Source: Candidatus Hadarchaeales archaeon
GTDB taxonomy: Archaea; Hadarchaeota; Hadarchaeia; Hadarchaeales; Hadarchaeaceae
Assembly: GCA_038851075.1 (NCBI GenBank)
Contig: JAWCLG010000003.1
Coordinates: 33,820 to 97,819, forward strand
Direction of reading: 5' to 3'
Length of the DNA: 64,000 bases
Of this stretch, positions 1 through 11,632 are shown piece after piece. The translations under genes were made by a program, and so were the position numbers. How positions within the stretch are numbered: the stretch's first letter is position 1; each line of letters opens with the position of its first letter. Below the pieces are notes generated by a model, which was not told the DNA's origin, did no database searches, and saw only the letters and a program-made list of their open reading frames with translations.

Positions 1-2
1 CT

Positions 3-344
3 GCTGTGGTGAGGGACCACCGCTCGAAGGAGATTCTGATGGTGGCATTCCAGGACCGCGAAGCCGTGCGCATGACTCTGACAACGGGACTCATGCACTA
101 CTGGAGCCGCTCCAGGAAAAAGCTGTGGCTAAAGGGGGAGGAATCAGGACACCACCAGAAACTGAAAACGCTCAAAGTCGACTGCGACGGTGATGCCGTA
201 TTGTACGACGTGGAGCAGATCGGCGCCTCATGCCACAGGGGATACTTCTCATGCTTTTACAGGGGGGTGAAGAGGGGAAAACTTGTAACGACCGCGAAAA
301 AAAAGTTTGACCCAGATGAAGTATACAGCAAAAATAAAAGGTAG
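3..344 (+). CDS. hisI: Phosphoribosyl-AMP cyclohydrolase (HisI), 5' end probably cut by the window edge
   Basis: The translation LMVAFQDREAVRMTLTTGLMHYWSRSRKKLWLKGEESGHHQKL...VDCDGDAVLYDVEQIGASCHRGYFSCFY matches the HisI core. The frame stays open to position 3, so the GTG at 6 may not be the true start. Confidence 0.85.
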   Translation, partial: AVVRDHRSKEILMVAFQDREAVRMTLTTGLMHYWSRSRKKLWLKGEESGHHQKLKTLKVDCDGDAVLYDVEQIGASCHRGYFSCFYRGVKRGKLVTTAKKKFDPDEVYSKNKR

Positions 345-349
345 ATCCG

Positions 350-1201
350 TTGAGTGCCGTCGAAGCGATTGAACTATCTTTCAGGAGAAGCCTTCCATCT
401 ATATCATCCGTCGTTCTCATATCAGCGCTGACAATGCTGCTTAGCACAGCATACTATATGACCGCAATAAGTCCGTCAGATTTTTCCGAGCTCCCAAAAA
501 CTAGGGAGTACGAAAACATGGCCCGAGCTGTAACGCGCATGGATCCATGGACAAGGACGCAGCAGTACTGGGCGAACAACATCACGGCGGGAGTGGCAGG
601 TGGTATCGGCTCACTTGTCTACACAGGGTTGAACATAACCGTATCGACCAGCCATTTTACGGGGATAGCCGTTACATATGTCAGCCACAGATACGGAGGG
701 GAAGCCGCGCTCGCATTTCTCGCGCAGATTTACCTTCATGGTCTCCTAGAACTGACTGGATTATACCTCATCGCTGCCGGTGGCCTGAGGCTGGCGTGGA
801 ACGTCTGGATTTTTGCCGCGGAGGCTACCTTAAAATATGGCTCCGGAAAGCCCCGCAAAAAAAATGAACCCCCGGCGCACACCAAGCTCAGGACGCCACT
901 GGTCGACTTTTTCGTGCTGTTTTTGCTCGGCATATTTATGATATTCCTCGCAGCTCCTATTGAAGCATATGTATCCTCTGAAGCCAGTATATTTTACGAG
1001 CAACCTGCCACAGCCATAGGGTTTCTGATTATGGTCGGAGCGATATATGGATCGATCGTAGCGCTTGGTCTAAAAGGTGTGAAAAACCAGACAGAGAAGA
1101 CCGTGAGATATCTCAGGTCAAAAAAGTTTTCACCGGTTCATGTCGCCTTCGTAGTTCTGTTGATATTCTTTGGGCTTGGAATTTTCAGGGTCATTAGTTA
1201 G
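350..1201 (+). CDS. Polytopic membrane protein, SpoIIM/DUF95-like
   Basis: 283-aa ORF with several hydrophobic segments. The YLHGLLELTGLYLIAAGGLRLAW stretch resembles the SpoIIM/DUF95 signature. The TTG start is uncertain. Confidence 0.45.
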   Translation: MSAVEAIELSFRRSLPSISSVVLISALTMLLSTAYYMTAISPSDFSELPKTREYENMARAVTRMDPWTRTQQYWANNITAGVAGGIGSLVYTGLNITVSTSHFTGIAVTYVSHRYGGEAALAFLAQIYLHGLLELTGLYLIAAGGLRLAWNVWIFAAEATLKYGSGKPRKKNEPPAHTKLRTPLVDFFVLFLLGIFMIFLAAPIEAYVSSEASIFYEQPATAIGFLIMVGAIYGSIVALGLKGVKNQTEKTVRYLRSKKFSPVHVAFVVLLIFFGLGIFRVIS

Positions 1202-2254
1202 GCCAGCTCCGGTGACCCTGATCCTGCCACTTACCCCGATCTTTCCCTCAACGTCAAACTTCACCCCGATAACCGTTTCCACCAACCGAATGTTTGTGAG
1301 CGTGTGCCTGGTGAGCTCAGAACACGTGACCTCAGAAGTTCCTTCTGCAATTGCCATGTAAGGCACAAGCTGATCTGCCATATATCTATCAATCGCACAA
1401 CCCGTACCCAGAGCAGATACAAGTTCATCGGCGGCCTCCCTGCCAACTTTTTCAGATGGCTTTCCCGGAGCTCCAAGGGCGTTAGCTCCGAGCAGGCCCC
1501 CTCTTTCTGTTTCCGCCCAGAGCGTTATTCCGGCGCCCGGTCCTAGATGCACATCATCAAACTGAGGATGACTCTCACTCCTTATGCTTACGTTTGAATA
1601 ACCTGCCTTGAGAAGAGCAATGCCGGCAGCGTGCGCGATTCTCCTGGAAACATCATCCGGGAGCCTGACGCTGTGAGACAATCCTGAAATTCTGACAACG
1701 CGCCCGCGCTCCGTCATTTTCAGAGCTCTCAGCATCCTGACTGGCTCCATCTTGGCCGTGATAACTCCTCCACCTCTCGGGTAATGTCCCCTCCTCAGGC
1801 AACTGACCTCAACACGATAACCCATCCTTCCGATAATGGGAAGCATCACGTTCTTCACGTAATCCACGGGTGGAGCTCTCGGATTATCCGTACCGCCCCT
1901 GATTTCGACCTCCACAGATCTCTCGGCAAATGCGGAGGCGATCATCAGGACCTGTAATACCAGCGTGGTGCTCCCGGCGGTCCCTATATCAACACGATGT
2001 TTTCCTCCGCGTATCCGACCCGGCTCGAAAGTGAGCTCCGTCGAACCGAGCTCGGCTCCTCTCACCTTTGCTCCAGAAAGCGAGGCCAGAGCCTCCACTC
2101 CGCTGAGATGCTGGTGCTGGAGTCCTGGATTGTCCCTTTTCACCCTTATGTTGTATATTCTAACAGGTCTCCTAGAAACCGCGCTCAGGGCCGTTGCGAC
2201 TCTCAGGACGGCACCGCCGCCCTCGCCCATTGAACCGTCGATCTCGATCATCAT
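1130..2254 (-). CDS. rtcA: RNA 3'-terminal phosphate cyclase
   Basis: The N-terminus MMIEIDGSMGEGGGAVLRVATALSAVSRRPVRIYNIRVKRDNPGLQHQHL is typical of RtcA over its full length. The 3' tail overlaps the convergent ORF by 72 nt. Confidence 0.9.
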   Translation of the reverse strand: MMIEIDGSMGEGGGAVLRVATALSAVSRRPVRIYNIRVKRDNPGLQHQHLSGVEALASLSGAKVRGAELGSTELTFEPGRIRGGKHRVDIGTAGSTTLVLQVLMIASAFAERSVEVEIRGGTDNPRAPPVDYVKNVMLPIIGRMGYRVEVSCLRRGHYPRGGGVITAKMEPVRMLRALKMTERGRVVRISGLSHSVRLPDDVSRRIAHAAGIALLKAGYSNVSIRSESHPQFDDVHLGPGAGITLWAETERGGLLGANALGAPGKPSEKVGREAADELVSALGTGCAIDRYMADQLVPYMAIAEGTSEVTCSELTRHTLTNIRLVETVIGVKFDVEGKIGVSGRIRVTGAGLTNDPENSKPKEYQQNYEGDMNR

Positions 2255-2300
2255 GAGAACCTACTCCACCGTAATATAAGACGGATACAAATATTCAATC

Positions 2301-2630
2301 GTGAGGTTCCAGGATACTGTACTGAAGCTTGTCAGGAAGGTCCCGAGGGGAAAGGTAACAACATACGGAGAAATTGCAAAAGCGCTCGGCAAACGTGCCG
2401 CTTACAGAGCGGTCGGGAACGCTCTATCCGGGAACCCATCCCCGCTGAAGATACCCTGCCATCGCGTGATACGCGGGGACGGCACGATAGGTGGCTACAT
2501 CTTTGGCACTCACGCGAAGCAGAGGATGCTCGAGAAGGAAGGCATTGAGGTAACAGACGGCAGGGTGGATCTCAAAAAATACATGTTCAGGTTCGATTCC
2601 CGAAAACAGCACAAACGCTACGTTCTGTAA
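2301..2630 (+). CDS. Short MGMT-family protein (methylated-DNA-protein-cysteine methyltransferase DNA-binding domain only)
   Basis: 109 aa with a PCHRVIRGDGTIGGY active-site-type motif and the helix-turn-helix part VTTYGEIAKALG. GTG start. Confidence 0.8.
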   Translation: MRFQDTVLKLVRKVPRGKVTTYGEIAKALGKRAAYRAVGNALSGNPSPLKIPCHRVIRGDGTIGGYIFGTHAKQRMLEKEGIEVTDGRVDLKKYMFRFDSRKQHKRYVL

Positions 2631-3130
2631 AGCCTGATCCTTGCGGGAGCACCTAGTTTCTTCAGCACACTGACAACCGAGCTTGGCACAAAGTCCTCCC
2701 ACGGCTTCCCCTCTGCCATATTTCTCCTGATCATTGCACCCTGATAGTCCCTGCGCTTGAAAAGCGGTTGGGCCCGCACCTCATACCCCTTTTCTTTGAA
2801 GAGTCTCTGCACCCAGGGATTTCCGGAGTAAACAACGGAAAATTTCGGCGTCAAAGATTCTACGTGGGCAACCCAGCGCCTGTCGTCATGTATGTCCGGA
2901 ATTCTAACGATCTTCACCCTTGATCTGTCGATGCCTGCCTCCTTCAGCGCCGCCGCCAGCATTTTCTCACGCTCAGCTGCTGTGAACGGATTCTCAAAGG
3001 TTTTGCCCTCCTGCGAGCTGCCTATGCCTACTATAAGCTCGTCCACCTCCGAAAGAATGTATTTGAAGGCCTCCACGTGTCCGAGATGTACCGGCTGAAA
3101 ACGTCCCACGAATATCCCTCTCCTTACCAT
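2618..3130 (-). CDS. nadM: Nicotinamide-nucleotide adenylyltransferase (archaeal NMNAT)
   Basis: MVRRGIFVGRFQPVHLGHVEAFKYIL is the (H/T)xGH nucleotidyltransferase motif of archaeal NMNAT. I chose the ATG at 3130 rather than the ORF-track start at 3217. Confidence 0.85.
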   Translation of the reverse strand: MVRRGIFVGRFQPVHLGHVEAFKYILSEVDELIVGIGSSQEGKTFENPFTAAEREKMLAAALKEAGIDRSRVKIVRIPDIHDDRRWVAHVESLTPKFSVVYSGNPWVQRLFKEKGYEVRAQPLFKRRDYQGAMIRRNMAEGKPWEDFVPSSVVSVLKKLGAPARIRLYRT

Positions 3131-3253
3131 CCCAACCCCCCAGAGATTACTCATCGTCTGAAATTTAACGCTGCTTACACAGAGGTGGACAACCGTAAAA
3201 AATCGGGCTTGGTGCAAACATTTATATTATGACGCTTAATTTATTAGACCTAA

Positions 3254-4327
3254 ATGAAACTGTTCACAGCCGGACCGGTTGCCTGCAGGCCCGAGGTTCT
3301 TGAGGTTATGGGGCGGCAGATGTTCAGCCATCGAAGCAAGGAGTATAAAGAGATACACAAGCAGACCGTTGAACGTCTCGCAAAATTCGTTGAAACAAAA
3401 GGACAGGTGTTTCTTTTCCCGAGCACGAGCTCCGGTGCTATGGAGGCGTGCGTGAGGAACTGCGTTGAAAAGAAAATGCTCGCCTGCATAAACGGTGACT
3501 TTGGGAAGAGATTCGCCAAAATTGGAGAGACCAACGGAAGGATTGTGGAAAAACTGGAGAGCAAGCTTGGAGACCCGACCATGCCTGAAGAGCTGGATGA
3601 AAAGCTCAAACAGGTGCCGGACGTCGAAGCGGTGTCCATCATATACAACGAGACAAGCATGGGGCTGATGAATTCCATCCCTGAGCTCGCAGAAGTGGTT
3701 AAAAAACACGGGAAACTGCTGTTCGTCGACGCCGTGAGCGCAATGGGTGGAGTCGATGTTAAAGTAGATGAGTGGGGCATCGATGTGTGCTTCGCGAGTT
3801 CCCAAAAGTGCTTCGGGATTCCTCCGGGTCTGACCATGGTTGCAGTTAGCGACAGGGCGATGAAGGTTTCTGAGGGAATGAAAAACAAGGGGTGGTACTT
3901 TGACTTTAAAGTGTTTGAAAAGTATCAAAAAGAGCAGAGCAGCACTCCGATGACATCGGTGATTCCGCAGGTCATGGCCCTGAACAAGGAACTGGAGATA
4001 ATTGAAAATGAGGGCGGCAAGGAGAGGAGATTTGAGCTTTACAGAAACCGGATGAACAGAATAATAAACGGAATTAAAAAGCTGGGGCTTTCGCTTTACC
4101 CCAAAACAGGATACGAAAGCGTGACCATCGCCTGCGTCAACGCTCCTCAGAACATCAGCGGGCTCAAAATCTATGAGGAGATGAGGAAGAAGGGATTTGA
4201 ACTCGCGAAGGGATACGGCGATCTCAAGGAGAGGACATTCAGAATAGGGAACATGGGATACATAACAATGAAAGATATCGATGAGATGCTCGCTGCTCTA
4301 GAAAACGTGCTGAAAACTAGCTCTTGA
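3254..4327 (+). CDS. Class V (PLP-dependent) aminotransferase, serine-glyoxylate/aspartate aminotransferase-like
   Basis: 357 aa. The [12 protein letters not shown] segment contains the PLP lysine context, and the overall layout is AGXT/class V-like. Confidence 0.8.
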   Translation: MKLFTAGPVACRPEVLEVMGRQMFSHRSKEYKEIHKQTVERLAKFVETKGQVFLFPSTSSGAMEACVRNCVEKKMLACINGDFGKRFAKIGETNGRIVEKLESKLGDPTMPEELDEKLKQVPDVEAVSIIYNETSMGLMNSIPELAEVVKKHGKLLFVDAVSAMGGVDVKVDEWGIDVCFASSQKCFGIPPGLTMVAVSDRAMKVSEGMKNKGWYFDFKVFEKYQKEQSSTPMTSVIPQVMALNKELEIIENEGGKERRFELYRNRMNRIINGIKKLGLSLYPKTGYESVTIACVNAPQNISGLKIYEEMRKKGFELAKGYGDLKERTFRIGNMGYITMKDIDEMLAALENVLKTSS

Positions 4328-4661
4328 GCTCTATCTCTATCGCAACTTCTTCAGGGATTTGAACCCGCATAAGCTGACGCAGGGCTCGCTCATCTGCCTG
4401 CATGTCAATGAGTCGCTTGTGAACCCTGAGCTCCCACCTGTCCCAGGTTATTGTTCCTTCAGCATCCGGCGATTTTCTGGTGGTTACCAGTATGCGCTTT
4501 GTCGGCAATGGTACTGGTCCGGATATCTTAACGCCGATTCTCTGGGCTATTCCTGAGATCTGACCGCAGACCTCCGACAGCTTTTCAGGGTCCGTGCTTG
4601 CGAGTTTTATTCTTGCCTTCTGCAAACTGCTCCCCTCTAACCCTAGTGAGCTGATGTGCAT
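4317..4661 (-). CDS. rps10: 30S ribosomal protein S10 (uS10)
   Basis: [17 protein letters not shown]...[40 protein letters not shown] matches uS10. It lies directly downstream of EF-1alpha, as in archaeal str clusters. Confidence 0.9.
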   Translation of the reverse strand: MHISSLGLEGSSLQKARIKLASTDPEKLSEVCGQISGIAQRIGVKISGPVPLPTKRILVTTRKSPDAEGTITWDRWELRVHKRLIDMQADERALRQLMRVQIPEEVAIEIELKS

Positions 4662-4672
4662 AAAAGAGTTGA

Positions 4673-5938
4673 TTATTTCTCTACCTTTACGAGGTCAACG
4701 CATACTCCGGCAGCGATTGTCATCCCCATGTCCCTGACGGCGAACCTGCTCAGCTGCGGTATCTCTGACGCCTTCTCGAGAACCATTGGTTTGGTCGGAA
4801 TAACTTTGACGGTCGCCATGTCACCCTTCTTTATATACTCGGGATTGGCCTGAGCGACCTCGCCCGTCTTCGGGTCGAGTTTCTGAGTTATCTCTGAAAT
4901 GGTGCAGGCCACCTGCGCGGTGTGTGCATGGAATACCGGAGTGTAACCGGCAGCCACTGTGGTCGGGTGCTGCAGGACCGCTATTCTTGCGGTGAACTCT
5001 TTAACAACTGTCGGCGGGTTGTTCGGATGACCAACTACATCTCCGCGCTTTATCGCGGCCTTGTCCACACCTCTCACGTTGAACCCTATGTTGTCTCCTG
5101 GCTCCGCCTGCGGTATGGATTCGTGATGCATCTCAATTGACTTTACATCGCCTCCGACACCAGCCGGCTCGAAGACTATCTTATCTCCGACCTTCAGTAT
5201 TCCAGTCTCGACTCTACCAACAGGGACTGTGCCAACACCCGTGATGGAGTAAACGTCCTGAACCGGGATCCTCAGCGGTTTGTCCGTTGGCTTTGGAGGA
5301 ACGGTAAAGTTATCAAACGCAGCGTACAAAGTCGGTCCCTTATACCAAGGCATCTTGGAACTCGGCTTGGTCACATTCTCCCCGTGAAACGCCGCCACTG
5401 GGACGTACAGGAATTTGTCGGCATTTCTGTATCCAACCGCCTTGAGGAGATCCATGACCTCTGATTTTATCTTTTCGTAAACCTCCTGCTTATAGTCAAC
5501 AAGGTCCATCTTGTTTATTGCCACAATGAGCTGACCGACTCCAAGAGTGAACGCCAGCGCGGCGTGCTCCCTGGTCTGCGGCATTATTCCATCGTCGGCG
5601 GCCACCACGAGAACCGCAGCATCCGCCTGGCTCGCTCCGGTTATCATGTTCTTTACGAAATCCCTGTGCCCAGGAGCGTCGATTATCGTGAAGTAATACT
5701 TTTCAGTTTCAAATTTTTTATGGGCCAGATCTATCGTCAGTCCCCTCTCCCGCTCCTCCTTCAAACCGTCCATGACCCAGGCGAACTTGAACGTCTTTCC
5801 TTTATCGCCCATCGCCTCAAACTTTTTAATTTCCTCTTCTTTAACAAGGCCCTTCTCATACAGGGTTCTGCCTGTAAGCGTGGACTTTCCATGATCCACG
5901 TGTCCTATCATCACCATGTTCAGGTGCGGTTTGGCCAT
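4673..5938 (-). CDS. tuf: Translation elongation factor 1-alpha (aEF-1alpha)
   Basis: [17 protein letters not shown] and NKMD GTPase motifs over a full-length 421 aa. Confidence 0.97.
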   Translation of the reverse strand: MAKPHLNMVMIGHVDHGKSTLTGRTLYEKGLVKEEEIKKFEAMGDKGKTFKFAWVMDGLKEERERGLTIDLAHKKFETEKYYFTIIDAPGHRDFVKNMITGASQADAAVLVVAADDGIMPQTREHAALAFTLGVGQLIVAINKMDLVDYKQEVYEKIKSEVMDLLKAVGYRNADKFLYVPVAAFHGENVTKPSSKMPWYKGPTLYAAFDNFTVPPKPTDKPLRIPVQDVYSITGVGTVPVGRVETGILKVGDKIVFEPAGVGGDVKSIEMHHESIPQAEPGDNIGFNVRGVDKAAIKRGDVVGHPNNPPTVVKEFTARIAVLQHPTTVAAGYTPVFHAHTAQVACTISEITQKLDPKTGEVAQANPEYIKKGDMATVKVIPTKPMVLEKASEIPQLSRFAVRDMGMTIAAGVCVDLVKVEK

Positions 5939-6005
5939 TTTTCACATCCTCCTTTTATCAGCCAATTCTCTTTTGCGCAACCCTTTTAAAAACCTTTGGT
6001 CTTAT

Positions 6006-6611
6006 TCACCTAGCACCTTTTGCTATCCGTTCCACCTCTTCTTTTCTGGAAACAGCGTAACTCTTCGTGTCATTTCCGGCTGCCAGAATTATCTCCTCGG
6101 CCAAACATTCCTCTATTGAGTTCTTGCTCGAAAATGAGGAAGAAAACGCTCCAGCCGCTATGTTTTTCAACGCAATGTCGAGCCTTCTCTGAGGTGCCGA
6201 GTCGACTGCCAGATAGTATGTTATTCCGCCGTAGCTTATTCTCGTTGTTTCCTCACGCGGCGCGGCGTTCTGAACCGCATCCACCAGAACCTGCAGCGGA
6301 TTCTTTTTGGTGCGCTCCGCTATCAACCTGAACGCTTTTTTCACTATATTGTACGCCCTGTGCTTTTTTCCGCAGGCACCGGCCCCCCTTATCACCTTGC
6401 CCCTTATTTTGCCGGTACCTGGACCGGACCGCATGAACTTCGCCATCAGGCGCTCAACTATCGTGGCCTTGGACTTTCCAAACTGCTTGCTGGAATGCCT
6501 GCCTCCACCGTGCGGAACCATGGTCGGGTCCAAGCGGATGTACCCCTTGAGCCCAAGATCTCTGACCTCAACTCCGTCCGCATCCCATTCTCCAAAATAC
6601 TTGAAACCCAA
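6006..6611 (-). CDS. rps7: 30S ribosomal protein S7 (uS7)
   Basis: Typical archaeal uS7 sequence and position between S12 and EF-1alpha. Confidence 0.95.
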   Translation of the reverse strand: MGFKYFGEWDADGVEVRDLGLKGYIRLDPTMVPHGGGRHSSKQFGKSKATIVERLMAKFMRSGPGTGKIRGKVIRGAGACGKKHRAYNIVKKAFRLIAERTKKNPLQVLVDAVQNAAPREETTRISYGGITYYLAVDSAPQRRLDIALKNIAAGAFSSSFSSKNSIEECLAEEIILAAGNDTKSYAVSRKEEVERIAKGAR

Positions 6612-6615
6612 ACTA

Positions 6616-7053
6616 TCACCTGGTCGGTTTTTCCTTCCTGCCCCTCACAAGTTCATTCAGCGAAACATTGTTAACCTTTATCACCTTATAACGAACACCC
6701 GGGATATCGCCGTACGCACCACCCTTCGCCCCGCCTATACCCTCAATTACGACCTCATCGTGCTCGTCTATGAAACCTATCGCTCCATCGCCGGGTGCAA
6801 ACGCTGTGACCTGGCGTCCGCTCTTCACAAGCTGAACCCTGACGCATTTCCTTATCGCGGAGTTCGGCTGCTTCGCCTCAACGCCGACCTTCTCAAGCAC
6901 TATCCCGCGGGCCTGCGGTGAACCCTCCAGAGGGTCCGCTTTCTCGTCTAGCCTCAGAACACGGCGCTTGTACTGTGCGCTCTTCCACCTGAACCCCTGT
7001 CGCTTGGACCGGACCTTTCTGGCCGCAAACTCACCTGCCGGCGATTTTCCCAA
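6616..7053 (-). CDS. rps12: 30S ribosomal protein S12 (uS12)
   Basis: [30 protein letters not shown] is the conserved uS12 core. Confidence 0.95.
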   Translation of the reverse strand: MGKSPAGEFAARKVRSKRQGFRWKSAQYKRRVLRLDEKADPLEGSPQARGIVLEKVGVEAKQPNSAIRKCVRVQLVKSGRQVTAFAPGDGAIGFIDEHDEVVIEGIGGAKGGAYGDIPGVRYKVIKVNNVSLNELVRGRKEKPTR

Positions 7054-7092
7054 CTCATCACCCCAAACCTGTAATCACTACTCCCTTAAAAC

Positions 7093-7524
7093 TCATACAA
7101 GTACCACATCTGAAAGGTCAAAGTATCTCTGCGCAAGCTTTTTTAACCCCTGAATCTTCCTGCCCTTTGTTCCTATCGCCATGCCTCTGTCACTCTTATC
7201 CACGGCGACCCTCGCAATTTTTCTGCCGTCTTTCTCCTGAACGTTTATCTCAATTATCTTCGCCGGGCTGAGAAAACTTCTGAATAGGTCTTCCATGTTG
7301 TCCGAATGCTCGACCACGTAAACGCTCTTCCCGATGACATGCCTGGCCTTCTTTATCCTGTCGCCGTTCTTTCCAATAGCTAGCCCCAGATTCCCTCTCT
7401 TCACTACGAACAGAATGCACTTTCCATCGTCTGAGATAACGCAGTCGTGAAGCCTCGCCCCGGTTAGTCCCTCAAAAAGCGTTATGTATCTCATTTCCTC
7501 TGCTGTGAGTTTTATGCCGCTCAT
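7093..7524 (-). CDS. nusA: NusA-like transcription termination/antitermination factor (two KH domains)
   Basis: 143 aa with KH-type GxxG elements (AIGKNGDRIKKA, AIGTKGRKIQGL) and the conserved position between L30e and S12. Confidence 0.85.
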   Translation of the reverse strand: MSGIKLTAEEMRYITLFEGLTGARLHDCVISDDGKCILFVVKRGNLGLAIGKNGDRIKKARHVIGKSVYVVEHSDNMEDLFRSFLSPAKIIEINVQEKDGRKIARVAVDKSDRGMAIGTKGRKIQGLKKLAQRYFDLSDVVLV

Positions 7525-7530
7525 TGACCT

Positions 7531-8986
<1,456 letters not shown>

Positions 8987-11623
8987 TCACGAACCCCCGA
9001 GAACCTGCTCTATTATCTTGTTCACGTTTACCGCTTTACCCTTGTCACTTTTAGCCGGATCGACGCCGTCCTCTCCGTAAACGAACTGCACGATCGCGCC
9101 TCGATCATCTCTGACAGTTCCATCGTACTCAACTCTGAGGTCCTGCAGCGCATTTATAAGGCGTCTCTGCATGTATCCGCTCTGCGCGGTTCTGACGGCC
9201 GTGTCCACAAGACCCTCCCTTCCACCCATGGCATGGAAGAAGTACTCGATAGGCTTCAGGCCGTCCTTATAGCTCGATCTCACAAAACCCCTCGCTCTGG
9301 CTCCGAGATCATCCGGCATGAAATGCGGGAGAGGACGCCTCCTGTAGCCTCTGCTCAGCCTCTCACCGCGAACGGACTGCTGGCCGACGCATGCTGCCAT
9401 CTGCGTCAGGTTAAGCATGCTGCCCCTTGCTCCGGTTCTTGCCATTATCACTGCCGGGTTGGTCAAACCGAGGTGTTTCTCTGCAACTTTACCGGACGCA
9501 TCCCTGCTCTCCGCCAGAACCTCCATTATTCTCATCTCCAGGGTTTCCCTCAGGGAGCGCCCGGGAATCGGTTCGAGTTCTCCGGCGTTATATATCTCTA
9601 TGAGCCTGTTGACCTTCTCCTCAGCCTCGTCCAGTATTTCGCTTATTCTTTCCTTGGCCTCGGGAGGAATGTCCTCATCGTCTATACTCGTGGTGAACCC
9701 GAACATCATTGCCGCGGCTATGGACAGCCTCGTGACCCTATCCAGAAATTCTCTCGCCGCATCGGGACCAAGGTCCTTTATTATTCTGTCAAGAATTTCG
9801 CATCTGTCAAGCGCCTTAAAGCTCTTCGCGTCAACAACTCCGCTGACAAGCTCCCCATCCTTTATAACCACATAAGCATCGATATCACACTCGGTCTCCT
9901 TACACTTTGAACAGTTCTCGCATATCTTGGCCTTGAAGACCATGTTCAACCCCTTTGGCAAAAGCATGCTGAATATCTGCTTCCCGGTCCAGTACTCCTG
10001 TCCCTTTTCCCTGACGGCTGGCTTTGGCAAATCAGAGAATACCCCGGCGTAAGCCAGCAGCTGATGGGCCTGCTCCCTGTTCAGAAGAGTTCCCCTCCGG
10101 GTAAGCATGTAAGATCCAGTAATGTGGTCCTGTATACCGCCGATGATCGGCCCTCCAAATCTGGGGGAGAGTATGTGCTCCTGCACCCGCATCAGGACTC
10201 TTGCCTCAACCCTCGCTTCCTCCGTCTGCAAAACGTGCATGTTCATCTCATCTCCATCGAAGTCTGCGTTGTATGGCGGGCACACGCTAAGGTTCAGCCT
10301 GAAGGTCCTGCCAGGAAGGACCCTTACCTCATGCGCCATAATCGACATCCTGTGAAGAGACGGTTGTCTATTGAACAGCACGATGTCTCCATCCTTCAGA
10401 TGTCTCTCCACCACGTAACCAGCTTCAAGTTTTTCCGCTATTTCCTCCCTTTCAGCATATCGCAGGTCGTATCTCTTGCCGTCCGGGCCAATGACGCTGT
10501 TGGCCCCGGGATAAACGTCGGGGCCCCTCCTGATATAGTTCTTCATCTCTTCAATGTTGAAATCGGTGACCCTCTCAGGAACCGTCATCTCCTTGGCGAT
10601 GTTTTCAGGGACCCCCACCTCATTTATTCCGATGTTCGGGTCAGGAGAAACAACCGTGCGCGCTGAGAAATCAACCCTTTTTCCGGAGAGATTTCCTCTG
10701 AATCTTCCCTCCTTTCCCCTGAGCCGCTGCGCCAGAGTTCTCAGGACCCTTCCGGACCTGTGTCTGGCCGGCGGAACACCTGAAATGCTGTTATCAAAAT
10801 AGGTGATTACGTGATACTGCAGCAGCTCCCACAGGTCCTCCACTATCAGGTGAGGCGCACCGGCCTCTATGTTCTCAGCCAGGCGCTGGTTTATCCTTAT
10901 GATATCAACCAGCTTATGCGTGATATCATCCTCAGACCTAACTCCTGATTCCAGCGTTATGCTGGGTCTCACTGTTACAGGCGGAACGGGCAGGACGGTG
11001 AGGACCATCCACTCTGGTCTGGCAACCTTGGGGTCCACGCCCATCAGCAATGAGTCCTCGTCGCTCAGCTTTTCCAGTCTCTCCCTGACATCACTCTGCG
11101 TGAGCCTGTTTTTGCCCTCTATGAAAGTTGTTGGCTTTTCGAATTTTATTTTCGCCTGTTTCTCCCCGCAGTGGGGACACTTTTCTGCAACCGTGGCGAT
11201 TTTGAGAACCTGTTCTGAAACAGACCACCATTTGCCTCCGCTTCTCTTCAGCTCATCCATCTGGTTCTTGAATTCGTCCAGCTTTTCCTGGGATACCAGA
11301 ACCCTGTTGCATTCCTTGTTTCTGCATATCGCCCTGAGAAAGTCGTATATCACTTCAACGTATCCAACGTGAATCACCGGTCGGGCCAGCTCAACGTGCC
11401 CGAAGTGTCCCGGGCATTTCCCGGCCCTTGCTCCGCATGTTCTGCACCTGAGCCCTGGATCAACAACTCCCAGCCTCATGTCCATAAGTCCTTTCTCGAT
11501 CGGGTAACCCTCTTCGTCGTATGTGTCCGCCGTCACAATTTTTGTAACGGACATTTTTCTTATGTCATCGGGTGACATCAGCCCGAAGTTTATGCTGTCT
11601 ATAACTTTTGGAATCCTCATCAT
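8987..11623 (-). CDS. rpoA1: DNA-directed RNA polymerase subunit A'
   Basis: 878 aa with the catalytic NADFDGDEMN motif and an N-terminal zinc ribbon CRTCGARAGKCPGHFGH. Confidence 0.97.
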   Translation of the reverse strand: MMRIPKVIDSINFGLMSPDDIRKMSVTKIVTADTYDEEGYPIEKGLMDMRLGVVDPGLRCRTCGARAGKCPGHFGHVELARPVIHVGYVEVIYDFLRAICRNKECNRVLVSQEKLDEFKNQMDELKRSGGKWWSVSEQVLKIATVAEKCPHCGEKQAKIKFEKPTTFIEGKNRLTQSDVRERLEKLSDEDSLLMGVDPKVARPEWMVLTVLPVPPVTVRPSITLESGVRSEDDITHKLVDIIRINQRLAENIEAGAPHLIVEDLWELLQYHVITYFDNSISGVPPARHRSGRVLRTLAQRLRGKEGRFRGNLSGKRVDFSARTVVSPDPNIGINEVGVPENIAKEMTVPERVTDFNIEEMKNYIRRGPDVYPGANSVIGPDGKRYDLRYAEREEIAEKLEAGYVVERHLKDGDIVLFNRQPSLHRMSIMAHEVRVLPGRTFRLNLSVCPPYNADFDGDEMNMHVLQTEEARVEARVLMRVQEHILSPRFGGPIIGGIQDHITGSYMLTRRGTLLNREQAHQLLAYAGVFSDLPKPAVREKGQEYWTGKQIFSMLLPKGLNMVFKAKICENCSKCKETECDIDAYVVIKDGELVSGVVDAKSFKALDRCEILDRIIKDLGPDAAREFLDRVTRLSIAAAMMFGFTTSIDDEDIPPEAKERISEILDEAEEKVNRLIEIYNAGELEPIPGRSLRETLEMRIMEVLAESRDASGKVAEKHLGLTNPAVIMARTGARGSMLNLTQMAACVGQQSVRGERLSRGYRRRPLPHFMPDDLGARARGFVRSSYKDGLKPIEYFFHAMGGREGLVDTAVRTAQSGYMQRRLINALQDLRVEYDGTVRDDRGAIVQFVYGEDGVDPAKSDKGKAVNVNKIIEQVLGGS

Positions 11624-11632
11624 TCACATCAC

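Noticed and set aside
1130-1201. 72-nt convergent overlap between the rtcA 3' end and the membrane-protein gene
   Set aside because: Both frames simply run to their stop codons, and the RtcA tail is non-conserved-looking. This is most likely a harmless overlap rather than a regulatory feature or frameshift.
3236-3928. 230-aa and 212-aa minus-strand ORFs opposite the class V aminotransferase
   Set aside because: The plus-strand ORF has clear PLP-enzyme features, and the antisense frames are featureless.
6307-6921. 204-aa and 104-aa plus-strand ORFs opposite the S7/S12 genes
   Set aside because: They are antisense to ribosomal protein genes, have no motifs and show atypical composition.
9233-9910. 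Long plus-strand ORFs (225, 152, 200, 167 aa and others) inside the rpoA1/rpoB/rpoA2 region
   Set aside because: They lie antisense to full-length, highly conserved RNA polymerase genes. Their translations are low-complexity (Ser/Leu/Pro/Arg-rich) with no recognisable motifs. These are shadow ORFs.
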